The notes beneath the pieces were generated by a model, which saw only the letters and a list, made by a program, of their open reading frames with translations, ran no database searches and was not told the origin of the DNA. 64,000 nucleotides of DNA, taken from Thermodesulfobacteriota bacterium (GTDB taxonomy: Bacteria > Desulfobacterota_D > UBA1144 > Nemesobacterales > JAJCZQ01). The position numbers and the translations under genes are program-made. Below are positions 32,150-41,445 of this stretch, piece by piece; position 1 is the stretch's first letter, and each line of letters begins with the position of its first letter. The stretch spans positions 256,001 to 320,000 of the forward strand of contig CBDBDR010000017.1 in NCBI GenBank assembly GCA_965203965.1, written 5' to 3'.

Positions 32150-32189
32150 GGAAGGGAAAAGGAAAACCCTGCCAATTTTGAGCAGGGTT
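32150..32189 (-). terminator. Terminator downstream of ssrA
   Basis: On the minus strand AACCCTGC-9 nt-GCAGGGTT followed by TTCCTTTT. Confidence 0.75.
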
Positions 32190-32218
32190 CTAAAGTGGTT
32201 GCTACCGAAAGTAGCTTT

Positions 32219-32571
32219 TGGTGGAGGCGCTGGGAATCGAACCCAGGTCCGCTAAAGAGCCTCACTTAGCTTCTACATGCTTATCCTGCTTATTAAATTT
32301 CACAAGGCAAATACCAACAGGCGGGTCTAGCCTTGCAATCCCGGTTTTAATCTCGCTGCTTTACCAACCGAGCAAAGTAAATCAGCCAGCCCGTTTTTAT
32401 TACGCCTCATCAAGAACCACGGGCATGATCCCTGAGAGACGTCACAGCATTATTTATGCTGCGAGTGCATTAATTGGTTCGGCACTTATTGTGCGCAATC
32501 AGTTTTACGAGTTAATCAGCTCGACATGCAGCTTAAGTTGTCTCGTTTACCGTCGAAGCCAATACGCCCCC
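32219..32571 (-). ncRNA. ssrA: tmRNA; tag reading frame 32483-32454 encodes (A)AEPINALAA*
   Basis: 5' GGGGGCGTATTGGCTTCGAC and 3' CCTGGGTTCGATTCCCAGCGCCTCCACCA; tag ends ALAA; lies directly after smpB. Confidence 0.97.
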
Positions 32572-32582
32572 TTGTCAAAGAT

Positions 32583-33032
32583 CTATTTTCTACCTATTTT
32601 TATTGCTTTTTCCATATCTCGCTTTGCTTCTTTTCTTTTTATGTCTTCGCGTTTGTCATGCTTTTTTTTGCCTTTTGCCAACCCTATCTCTAATTTTGCT
32701 CTTCCGTTGGTAAAATATATTTTTGTAGGTATTAAAGTATAACCACGAGTATTTACTTTTCCTATCAGCTTGTTTATCTCCCTTCTGTGTAAAAGGAGTT
32801 TTCTCTCCCTTTTTGTATCATGGTTAAAGATATTAGCGCCGAGGTAAGGTGCAATATAGCTGTTTAATAAAAACACCTCGCCTTTGCGTACCAAACCAAA
32901 ACTCTCTTTTATGCTCGCACTTCCATTACGAAGAGATTTAACTTCTGACCCTTTTAGAGCCAATCCTGCTTCAAATTTCTCTTCAAATATGTAATCCCTA
33001 TGTGCAGTGGGATGTTTGCTGACTATTTTCAT
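32583..33032 (-). CDS. smpB: SsrA-binding protein
   Basis: EAGLALKGSEVKSLR, RKLLLHRREI and GLAKGKKKHDKRE motifs. Confidence 0.98.
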   Translation of the reverse strand: MKIVSKHPTAHRDYIFEEKFEAGLALKGSEVKSLRNGSASIKESFGLVRKGEVFLLNSYIAPYLGANIFNHDTKRERKLLLHRREINKLIGKVNTRGYTLIPTKIYFTNGRAKLEIGLAKGKKKHDKREDIKRKEAKRDMEKAIKIGRK

Positions 33033-33134
33033 CTTGTTAATATAATACCAATGCTTAATTAAACCAGCAGTTCAGTGTGTTCGTATTGGATTAACGGAAT
33101 TATGGGAAAGGATATTGTTAATTCTGATCTTAAT

Positions 33135-33179
33135 AAAAACTTGTCACCATTGCCTGTATGGGACAAACAATGGTGACAA
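33135..33179 (-). terminator. Terminator downstream of the porin gene
   Basis: 12-bp stem TTGTCACCATTG / CAATGGTGACAA, followed on the minus strand by GTTTTT. Confidence 0.7.
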
Positions 33180-33211
33180 TAAATATTTTAAAACTCTAAT
33201 ACTTCATTCAG

Positions 33212-34480
33212 CTATAAGATGTTAATATCAAAGTCATATCGTAAGCCGAGACTGAAAGTATTGGAAGTATCTGCATCTTCCATTTCAAAGTCAGTCAATA
33301 CCCATTCTGCAAAGACTTTAGTGCTTGGATGCAGTTGCTTGATCAAAGTCAAATTGACGCCTTGTCGACCTTGGTTTCTATCGTCATCGTGCATAAAATA
33401 GCCCGCAATAGTCGTAACCCCGCTGTTGCCAAGATCTAGGGAAGTTACCACGTCCAAAGTATAAGGGTTTAACTCTTCTCCGTTAGACTCAACGGATTCA
33501 TCAATATATTGATAAGTGGCGGCGATATAGAGAGCTTCTGTCACGTTAAAACTACCACCAATACCATAGAAATCCCTCTTATCTATATCATCGAGACCTT
33601 CAAGATTTTGCCTCAAGTAGGATATACCAAGATAGGCAGGTCCGTAACGGTAGCTTATCCCTACGCTGACTGCGTCTACATTGTCGGGAGCAGTGCTTAC
33701 GCCGCTATTAGTGCGGAAAACCCTATCTTCGCCGGAACCAGTTTCCAACTCCCCGTTTACCTGCATACCAGCATCTATACTGAAACCCATGAAACTGTGT
33801 GCGTATCTTACTAAGTTATCGGTACGGAAAGGACCTTCATTGTCATAGCCAAAAGGACTTGCTCGGTGGTAGTAAATGTCGGTTACCTCGGCAATGAGGT
33901 TATAGTATGGATCCCATTGCTTACCGATGGCAACAAGCCCGAACTGGTTGCTTTTCAAGCCCACATAAGCCTGCCTCGCATCACCAAAATCACCGTTGGC
34001 TTCAATGTCAACATCCCATTCTCCTTTTATCACAGCCGTCAAGTCCTCGCTTATCTTGGTACTGGCAGATATACCGACTCGGGACAGTGCATCAGTAATA
34101 TCAAGGGATGAATCATTGTCGTTTTTGTAGGTCAGTCTGGGCCAAAACCTACCATAGATGGAGACGTCAACATTATCTTTCATTTTGGACATCATGGTGT
34201 CTTCTTCCATCATGGTGTCCATAGTGTCCTCTTCCATCATTTCCTGTTCCTGAGCATCCTTTTGCTTCTGCATCATTGTCGGTTCCATTTTTTCCACGAT
34301 CTGCTGAAGCCTTATTCTTTCCTCTTGCTCTTTTTTCAGTGCCTCTTCAAGTCTCATAATGCGGTCTTCTAACTTATTCATAGGGCTAGAGGATCCTGCA
34401 TTGGCAAAACTCGGAAGCAACACTCCACAAATGACAACTCCAAGGAGAATTGTCAAAGTCTTATTGATATGGTTACTCAT
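33212..34480 (-). CDS. Gram-negative porin with N-terminal coiled coil and Met-rich linker
   Basis: VSIYGR, SRVGI, RQAYVGLKS..FG.V..GKQ and C-terminal GLRYDF; GGAGG RBS. Confidence 0.88.
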   Translation of the reverse strand: MSNHINKTLTILLGVVICGVLLPSFANAGSSSPMNKLEDRIMRLEEALKKEQEERIRLQQIVEKMEPTMMQKQKDAQEQEMMEEDTMDTMMEEDTMMSKMKDNVDVSIYGRFWPRLTYKNDNDSSLDITDALSRVGISASTKISEDLTAVIKGEWDVDIEANGDFGDARQAYVGLKSNQFGLVAIGKQWDPYYNLIAEVTDIYYHRASPFGYDNEGPFRTDNLVRYAHSFMGFSIDAGMQVNGELETGSGEDRVFRTNSGVSTAPDNVDAVSVGISYRYGPAYLGISYLRQNLEGLDDIDKRDFYGIGGSFNVTEALYIAATYQYIDESVESNGEELNPYTLDVVTSLDLGNSGVTTIAGYFMHDDDRNQGRQGVNLTLIKQLHPSTKVFAEWVLTDFEMEDADTSNTFSLGLRYDFDINIL

Positions 34481-34678
34481 AGCTAACCTCCTTATTATTT
34501 TTGAAATTGATTTATTAAAACTGCATTAAATTAATATTAAAATACTTTTGACCCGATATTTCAAGTTATTTATTTTTTCACGCGAAATTAATGCAAGTTA
34601 ATTTGTTCATTGTGTCTCTTTGTGCGTTGGCAAATTTCATTGAAACTGAAGGTGATCTTGTATAACATAGTTTCTCAT

Positions 34679-35763
34679 ATGTTTAGAAAATCCAGACGGA
34701 TCTCAATTGGAGGGGTGGATGTAGGAGGAGGAGCCGCGGTGTCAGTTCAATCAATGACAATAACTGATACGCGGGACGTTGAAGCTACTGTTGGTGAAAT
34801 AAAAAGACTTGAAAATGCAGGTTGTGATATAGTGCGCGTTGCCGTTCCGGATATGGATGCATGTAAGGCAATAGGGAAGATAAAAAAGCAGATAAAAATA
34901 CCCATAATATCAGATATACATTTTGATTATCGTCTTGCACTTGAAGCCGTCAGGCAGGGTGTTGATGGCATGAGGATCAACCCTGGCAACATAGGTGCCA
35001 AATATAAAATAAAAGCCGTAGTGGATGCAGTAAAAGAAAGAGACATTCCTATCAGGATTGGTGTTAATTCCGGTTCACTTGAAAAAGATATACTCAAAAA
35101 GCACGGAAATCCTACGGCAGAGGCTTTGGTGGAAAGTGCTATCAGGCATGTTCATATTCTGGAAGATTTTGATTTTTACGACATTAAAATATCGGTCAAG
35201 TCAACCGATGTAAAAAAAATGATAAAGGCATACAGGCTGCTTGCAGAAAAGACCGAATATCCTCTTCACCTTGGGGTAACTGAAGCCGGAACACCAAAAA
35301 TGGGAGTTGTAAAGTCATCAATTGGTATAGGAAGCCTTTTGGCAGATGGGATAGGTGATACGATCAGAGTTTCATTGACCGGCGACCCGGTTAACGAGGT
35401 GATAACTGGGATAAACGTCCTTAGATCTCTTGGAATGAGGAACAACGGTATTGAGCTTATATCATGTCCTGGTTGTGGTAGGCTGGAGATTGATCTTATA
35501 AAATTGGTCAATGACGTTGAGGAAAGAGTGGGTGGGATTGAACTGCCCAGACCTGTTAAGGTGGCAATCCTTGGCTGCGTGGTGAATGGTCCTGGTGAGG
35601 CATCAGAAGCTGACATAGGAATAGCGGGAGGTAAGGGTAAAGGTATGCTTTACAAAGATGGAAAACTTATACGTTCTTTTAAGGAAGAGGATATTGTGGA
35701 TGAACTTGTTAAGGAGATAGAGATTTTCGCTGACTGCCCCTCAACGATTTCTGCCGAACATCA

Positions 35764-35785
<22 letters not shown>
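34679..35785 (+). CDS. ispG: 4-hydroxy-3-methylbut-2-en-1-yl diphosphate synthase
   Basis: VQSMT, DIHFD, RINPGNIG, RIGVNSGSL, PLHLGVTEAG, CPGCGR and GCVVNGPGE motifs. Confidence 0.97.
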
Positions 35786-35840
<55 letters not shown>

Positions 35841-35854
35841 CCAGGTAACTGAGT

Positions 35855-35882
35855 AGTGTATTAAAACCTGAATACATGTCAA
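35855..35882 (-). promoter_or_regulatory. Sigma70-type promoter for tRNA-fMet
   Basis: TTGACA-16 nt-TACACT on the minus strand, 14 nt upstream of the tRNA. Confidence 0.65.
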
Positions 35883-35900
35883 GTTGTGCTCTAAAACATC

Positions 35901-37712
35901 TCAATTTATTTGTGATAATTCCACGGTTTCTTGAACCATGTCCTTTAGAAGATCCAACCCCCCTTGCCAGAAATTGGGATCGTTGATGTTTACCCCTACC
36001 TTTTTAATAAGAAGTTCAGGTGGTTCACTGCCACCAGCGGATAGCATGTCAAGGTATTTGGGAACAAATGATCTTCCATCTTGCAGATATTTCTGATAAA
36101 GTGCCAGAACAAGCAGTTCACCGAATGAATAGGCATAGCAGTAAAAAGGGGAATGAATAAAATGCGGTATATACATCCACCAGATTTTGTAGTTTTCCGT
36201 TAGCTCAACCGATTTGCCAAACATAGTTTTGTTCACTTCCATCCAAAGCTCATTGATTCTTTCTTTCACAAGTTCGCCTTCTTTGCGTCTGGCTGTGTGG
36301 AGAGCATGCTCAAACTTGGTCATAACCACCTGTCTGAAAACCGTGGCGAAAGCGTCTTCAAGTTTTCCACACATAAGAGCCAGTTTTGCTTCCCTGTTTT
36401 TCTCGTTTTTTATTAGCTTGTCAAAGACAAGCATTTCCGCAAAGACACTGGCAGTTTCCGCTGTGGTAAGTGGAGTATTTGCCTGTAAATGCCCCTGTTT
36501 TTTTGAGAGGTATTGATGAATGCCGTGTCCCAATTCATGGGCTACCGTCATAACGTCTCTCATTTTTCCAGAGTAATTAACAAGCACATAAGGGTGAGCA
36601 CTGGGGACGGTGCCATGGCTGAATGCCCCGCCTCTTTTGCCTTCTCTAAGCTCTGCGTCTATCCAGTTTTTATCAAAGAACATTGTGGCTATTTTTGCCA
36701 TCTTTACCGAGAAATCACCGAACGCCTCCAAGATGATTCTTTTTGCCTCATCATAATTTACCGTTTTGTCCCCTGATAATACCGGTGCATATCTGTCATA
36801 ATCATACATTTTTCCCAGCTTGAGAACTGTTTTCTTCAGCTTGTAGTATTTTTCAACAATGTTGTAGTTTTTTACGCATGATTCGAGCAAAGTGGTTACA
36901 GTTTGTTCATCAATCTCATTGTCGAGATTTCTGTGTGACATTGCATGGGGGTATGCTCGTAAACGGTCGTTGATTGAGTGATCATTTACAATTGTGTTAA
37001 ATATGTAGGTTATAACGTGAGAATTCTGGTCAAGCCCTTTTGTAAGACTCACAGAAGCGGCTTTTCTTACTTTTCTATCTGGGTCATAAAGGAGTGAGAG
37101 GATCTCTGTTTCCGTTAGATTTTGAATTTTACCCTTTAACTTGATTTGAAATTTGATGTTATTTATTAATTCATCAAACAGCCTGATAAACGCCCTTGAA
37201 CCCGTGTTGGCTTTTTCAGCAAGAATTTTTTCCTCTGCTTCAGAAAGTGTGTGGGGTTTATATTTTCTCTGGTGCTTCAAGATATGGGCATAGTCTGAAA
37301 GTTGATTGTCTTTCAGCAGTTTGTTTGCAGTTTTGTCTGAAAGCTCAACCCATTCAAGCTCAAAAAAGATCAGCGTTTTTCTTATCTCAGTAGTTTTTTC
37401 CTGAATTGATTGCAAAAAAGCACCATACTCAGGGTTTCTGGTATCGCCGGCAAAGAGCAAATAGGCAAAGGACAGCAGTTTATCAATGGATTCCGATATT
37501 GTTTCCAGTTCTTTGACTGCTTTTAACAACTTAGAACTGTTTAGTTTGTCGGATCTTATTTTATTCCTGTATTTTTTCTCAAAACGTTGAGCGTCTTGAC
37601 GTGTTTTACCTATATCACGTTCTATGTTTTTGTCGTCTAATCCTTTATAAAGGTCATTTAAGTTCCACCTTACACCTTCGGCTCCAGTTCGGTTCTTTTC
37701 TGCTCTACTCAT
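35901..37712 (-). CDS. pepF: Oligoendopeptidase F (M3B)
   Basis: WNLNDLY, GKRGGAF, HELGH, AETASVF.E and PFYCYAYSFG motifs. Confidence 0.92.
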   Translation of the reverse strand: MSRAEKNRTGAEGVRWNLNDLYKGLDDKNIERDIGKTRQDAQRFEKKYRNKIRSDKLNSSKLLKAVKELETISESIDKLLSFAYLLFAGDTRNPEYGAFLQSIQEKTTEIRKTLIFFELEWVELSDKTANKLLKDNQLSDYAHILKHQRKYKPHTLSEAEEKILAEKANTGSRAFIRLFDELINNIKFQIKLKGKIQNLTETEILSLLYDPDRKVRKAASVSLTKGLDQNSHVITYIFNTIVNDHSINDRLRAYPHAMSHRNLDNEIDEQTVTTLLESCVKNYNIVEKYYKLKKTVLKLGKMYDYDRYAPVLSGDKTVNYDEAKRIILEAFGDFSVKMAKIATMFFDKNWIDAELREGKRGGAFSHGTVPSAHPYVLVNYSGKMRDVMTVAHELGHGIHQYLSKKQGHLQANTPLTTAETASVFAEMLVFDKLIKNEKNREAKLALMCGKLEDAFATVFRQVVMTKFEHALHTARRKEGELVKERINELWMEVNKTMFGKSVELTENYKIWWMYIPHFIHSPFYCYAYSFGELLVLALYQKYLQDGRSFVPKYLDMLSAGGSEPPELLIKKVGVNINDPNFWQGGLDLLKDMVQETVELSQIN

Positions 37713-37721
37713 TGTCCTCTC

Positions 37722-38189
37722 TTATCCTTTCTGGTTGTTTTCCAGTTTCTGAAGTTCTCTTCTTACAATCTGGTTTATTAATTTACCGTCCGCTTTTCCC
37801 TTGAGATGTGGCATAACTAGTTTCATAACGGTTCCCAAGTCCTTGATTCCACCGACATCACTTCCCGCGATGATCTCCAGAACTTTACCGGTGATTTCAT
37901 TTTCAGAAAACTGCTCAGGCATATATTTCATCAATATATCCATTTCTTGCTTTTCTATGTCCGCAGCGTCTTTACGGTCTACTTTGATATATTCTTCTGC
38001 AGCCTCTCTTCTTTTTTTGATCTCGCTTGATACCACTTGGATAACCTGTTTGTCGTCCAGTTTATTCTTGTTTTCAATCTCCTTATTTTTTATGGATGCC
38101 TGAAGCATTCTTAGAACGTTAAGCTCAAGTGATCTCTTCTCACGTAGGGCGGATTTTAAATCTTCTGGTATTTGATCTCTTAATCCCAT
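37722..38189 (-). CDS. GatB/YqeY domain protein
   Basis: IKKRREAAEEY, E..IL..YMPEQ and GKADGK motifs. Confidence 0.9.
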   Translation of the reverse strand: MGLRDQIPEDLKSALREKRSLELNVLRMLQASIKNKEIENKNKLDDKQVIQVVSSEIKKRREAAEEYIKVDRKDAADIEKQEMDILMKYMPEQFSENEITGKVLEIIAGSDVGGIKDLGTVMKLVMPHLKGKADGKLINQIVRRELQKLENNQKG

Positions 38190-38190
38190 A

Positions 38191-38721
38191 TTACTCTCCT
38201 TTGACGCTCAACTCATATATCCCATTCAGATTTCTACCCCATCCATTGTAGTCCATTCCATAACCAACAAGGAACCCCCCATCAACATCAAATACTTTGT
38301 AGTCTGCTGATATGCCAATTTCACGTCTTTCTTTTTTATCAATTAAGGTGCACGTTTTCAAACTTTTGGGTTTATGTCTGCCAAGGTATTTCTTTAAGTA
38401 AGCGAGCGATTTTCCAGTGTCAATAATGTCTTCCACTATTATCACTGCTCTTTCAGAAATATCAGTTGATAGATCATTGATGAGTGAAATCTCTCTTGCC
38501 GTCCTGCCTTTCGGGTAGCTTGAAATTTTAATGAAATCAATTTCATGGTTTATTTTGATGCTTCTTGCCAGATCAGATAGAAACATGCAACTACCGTTCA
38601 AAACCCCTATCAAGATAGGATCCAGATTTCTATAATCTTTGGATATTATAGTTCCGAGTTGTCTTACTTTTTCGTTAATCTGGCTTGCGCTGAATATAGG
38701 TTTCAATGAGGCTTTATTCAT
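38191..38721 (-). CDS. hpt: Hypoxanthine phosphoribosyltransferase
   Basis: GVLNGS, IIVEDIIDTG and FLVGYGMDY motifs. Confidence 0.93.
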   Translation of the reverse strand: MNKASLKPIFSASQINEKVRQLGTIISKDYRNLDPILIGVLNGSCMFLSDLARSIKINHEIDFIKISSYPKGRTAREISLINDLSTDISERAVIIVEDIIDTGKSLAYLKKYLGRHKPKSLKTCTLIDKKERREIGISADYKVFDVDGGFLVGYGMDYNGWGRNLNGIYELSVKGE

Positions 38722-38739
38722 AGGTTATAGGAAAACTTG

Positions 38740-39138
38740 TCAGAATTTAAAATTCGGTATCAATTCAAGAATTGAATCTCTTAAAAAATTTCGTGAATAT
38801 ACATTGGGGTCAACTACCCGGTCATTCCATACTAATATATCAAGATCTATGGTTCTCGGTCTATTTTTTATTGTTGTTTTTTTTCTCCCAAGTTTTATCT
38901 CAATATCCTTTAAAATTTTATCAATACCGGTTTCATCGTGTTCAGTCTCTATAAGAAAAGCCCCATTCAGGAAATCATCCTGATTTTCGTATCCGATAGG
39001 TTTTGTGAAAATAAATTTTGAAGAATTTAAAATCTTTAACTTCAAAGAGACTTTCTCCATCGCGAGCTTGATATTGTCTTTGGGGTTAATGTTTGAACCT
39101 GCCCCGATAACTGCGGTGTTTGTTTTAACTCTGCTCAA
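38740..39138 (-). CDS. folK: 2-amino-4-hydroxy-6-hydroxymethyldihydropteridine diphosphokinase
   Basis: GAGSNI, QDDFLNG, IE..LGR and PRTIDLDIL motifs. Confidence 0.93.
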   Translation of the reverse strand: MSRVKTNTAVIGAGSNINPKDNIKLAMEKVSLKLKILNSSKFIFTKPIGYENQDDFLNGAFLIETEHDETGIDKILKDIEIKLGRKKTTIKNRPRTIDLDILVWNDRVVDPNVYSRNFLRDSILELIPNFKF

Positions 39139-39475
39139 TTGTGTGTGTTACTGAAACGGAATCTGCAAATCTTAAAGCACCCGGCTTGTCAACTCTGACT
39201 ATTGCTTTTTTTATTTTTTTATCTTCCATTATAATGCTGCCAATAGAGACGACCATTTTTTCCAGAAGATTAAAACTTTCTTTTTCCACATAGTTTATGA
39301 TTTTTTTGTTTAGGGATTTATAGTCAACAGTATCCTCAATCCTGTCATTTTTTCCTGCCATTGTACCATCAAACTCCAATTCAATATTAATGTTTACGTC
39401 CTGTTTTTTCTCTTTTTCCCAGTCAAACACTCCTATAATTGTTCTCAGCTTTAAATTTTCTATCTTTATTATCAT
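39125..39475 (-). CDS. Dihydroneopterin aldolase / triphosphate epimerase (FolB/FolX family)
   Basis: RTIIGVFDWE, TVDY, FNLLE and VDKPGALRFADSVSV motifs. Confidence 0.88.
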   Translation of the reverse strand: MIIKIENLKLRTIIGVFDWEKEKKQDVNINIELEFDGTMAGKNDRIEDTVDYKSLNKKIINYVEKESFNLLEKMVVSIGSIIMEDKKIKKAIVRVDKPGALRFADSVSVTHTIEQS

Positions 39476-39477
39476 TT

Positions 39478-40188
39478 TTACAAGTGTTGACCACCATCTA
39501 TAAACATGGTTTCCCCAGTGATGAACTCGTTGGTTATTAAATACCTGACGGCTTGGTTAATATAGCTTGTATTGCCAACTTTTTTCAAGGGTGTTTTCAA
39601 GGCAATTTTCTTGAGTTTTTTCATATCATCTCCTTGTGCAGGCATTATGGGACCGGGACAAATGGCATTTACCCTGATTTTTGGAGCAAGCTCTTTAGCA
39701 AGCATTAGTGTGAGTTGATGAAGTAGTTTTTTACTCAGATTGTAAACAAAGTGTGCATTGTGGACCTTGGAAATTCTTGAATCAAGCATATTTATGATCA
39801 TTCCACTTGAGATGTTTTTTGCAAAATTCTGGGAAAGAAAAAAAGGGGATTTGAAATTTATATTGAAGTCAGCGTCAAAGCTTTTCTCAGTCACATCGGC
39901 AAACCTTATTTCTCTAAATATTGAAGCGTTGTTAATAAGGATTTTAAGGCCGGGGAATTTTGTTATTACTTTACTTATTAAAGCTGAACTTGCAGAGGGG
40001 TCAGACAGATCAGCCTTGAAAATTTCACATTTAACGCCGAGTTTTTGAATATCTAATTTTGTTCTATCTGCTTCCTCACTTGACAAATTATAATGAATTG
40101 CCACGTCATACCCCATACCGGCGAGCTCCATTGAGAGTGATCTTCCTATTCTTATAGATCCACCTGTTATAAGTGCTGCATTTGCCAT
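39478..40188 (-). CDS. Pteridine reductase-like SDR (FolM/PTR1 type)
   Basis: TGGSIRIG, AIHYN, LINNAS.F, Y..SK and RVNAICPG motifs; clustered with fol genes. Confidence 0.85.
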   Translation of the reverse strand: MANAALITGGSIRIGRSLSMELAGMGYDVAIHYNLSSEEADRTKLDIQKLGVKCEIFKADLSDPSASSALISKVITKFPGLKILINNASIFREIRFADVTEKSFDADFNINFKSPFFLSQNFAKNISSGMIINMLDSRISKVHNAHFVYNLSKKLLHQLTLMLAKELAPKIRVNAICPGPIMPAQGDDMKKLKKIALKTPLKKVGNTSYINQAVRYLITNEFITGETMFIDGGQHL

Positions 40189-40394
40189 TTTTTATTGTTA
40201 CAGTTTTTCCTTATCTCGTATTATACTAATGAAGAGCAAATCTTTGTTTTTACCAAAAGTCGTTTTACTTCCTGTATTAAAAGTATTAGTTTATCTGATA
40301 ATTTTCTGGCCAGAAAATATTTGACTTACTTGATAGATTGTTTATGTTCAATGGTCAAATTAATATTTACAGAGATTGTTGAAGGGGGTTATTC

Positions 40395-41414
40395 ATGAGA
40401 GCAATAACTTTATTATTTATGGCTGTTATTTTTCCTCTACTTGTGAACACGGTTCAAGGTGGAACACTTGAAAAGGTCAAGCAGCAGGGCAAGTTGGACT
40501 GCATTATTTCATCCGGATTGGCAGGGTTTTCCTCAACGGATGCAAAAGGCAACTGGCAGGGTTTTGACGTAGATTTTTGTAGAGCTGTTGCTGCTGCCGT
40601 TTTGGGTAGTGGTGACAAAGTAAAATTTATTCCTTCCACGAATGAGGAGCGTTTTACCAAGCTAAATTCCGGCGAAGGCGACATTTTGTTCCGTAACACC
40701 ACTGAAACGTTCAGTCGTGATACTGATCTGAAATTAACTTTTCTACCCGTTAATTACTACGATGGTCAGGGTTTTCTAATCCGCAAAGATCTTGGTGTGA
40801 AATCCGTAATGGAATTGGAGGGAGCTTCTATATGTATTCAGACGGGAACTACCACTGAATTGAATCTGGCTGATTATTTCCGTTCCAATAATATTAAATA
40901 TGAGCCGGTTAATACTAAAACCAATGAAGAAAGCATTAAGAATTATGAGAGTAAGAGGTGCGACGCATATACAACTGACACATCTGGATTGGCTGCTACG
41001 CGTGCGGTGCTGAAAAATCCTTCGGATCACATTATTCTTCCTGAGATAATTTCAAAAGAACCTCTTGCCGGTGCTGTGCGTCAAGGCGACGACCAGTGGG
41101 CAGATATAGGTAAGTGGGTTGTTAATGCAATAATAATTGCTGAAGAGTTGGGAATTAACTCAAAGAACGTATTAAAACATGCATCTGCACCGGGTAAAGA
41201 TCCAAAAATTAATCGTCTTTTGGGTACTGCAGGTAATATGGGTGCAAAACTTGGGCTTGATAAAGAATGGGCGGTTCGCGCAATTTCAGCCGTGGGTAAC
41301 TATGGTGAGATATTTGATTCAAATATTGGTTCCAAAACACCTATCAACTTAGAAAGGGGTTTAAATGCTCTCTGGAAAAACGGCGGGATATTGTATGCAG
41401 CCCCTATACGTTGA
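40395..41414 (+). CDS. aapJ: General L-amino acid ABC transporter substrate-binding protein
   Basis: GFDVDFCRAVAAA, YYDGQGF, GTTTELNLADYF, ISKEPL, VGNYGEIF and RGLNALW motifs. Confidence 0.92.
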   Translation: MRAITLLFMAVIFPLLVNTVQGGTLEKVKQQGKLDCIISSGLAGFSSTDAKGNWQGFDVDFCRAVAAAVLGSGDKVKFIPSTNEERFTKLNSGEGDILFRNTTETFSRDTDLKLTFLPVNYYDGQGFLIRKDLGVKSVMELEGASICIQTGTTTELNLADYFRSNNIKYEPVNTKTNEESIKNYESKRCDAYTTDTSGLAATRAVLKNPSDHIILPEIISKEPLAGAVRQGDDQWADIGKWVVNAIIIAEELGINSKNVLKHASAPGKDPKINRLLGTAGNMGAKLGLDKEWAVRAISAVGNYGEIFDSNIGSKTPINLERGLNALWKNGGILYAAPIR

Positions 41415-41445
41415 TCAGGTATTGCCTCGGTAAGATGTCCTAACA

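Noticed and set aside
32062..32742. ORFs 32218-32742 (+) and 32062-32265 (-)
   Set aside because: They overlap tmRNA and smpB; spurious.
34519..34600. TGCATTAA(A)TT / AATTAATGCA inverted pair upstream of the porin gene
   Set aside because: Short, AT-rich and widely spaced; cannot be told from chance without comparative data.
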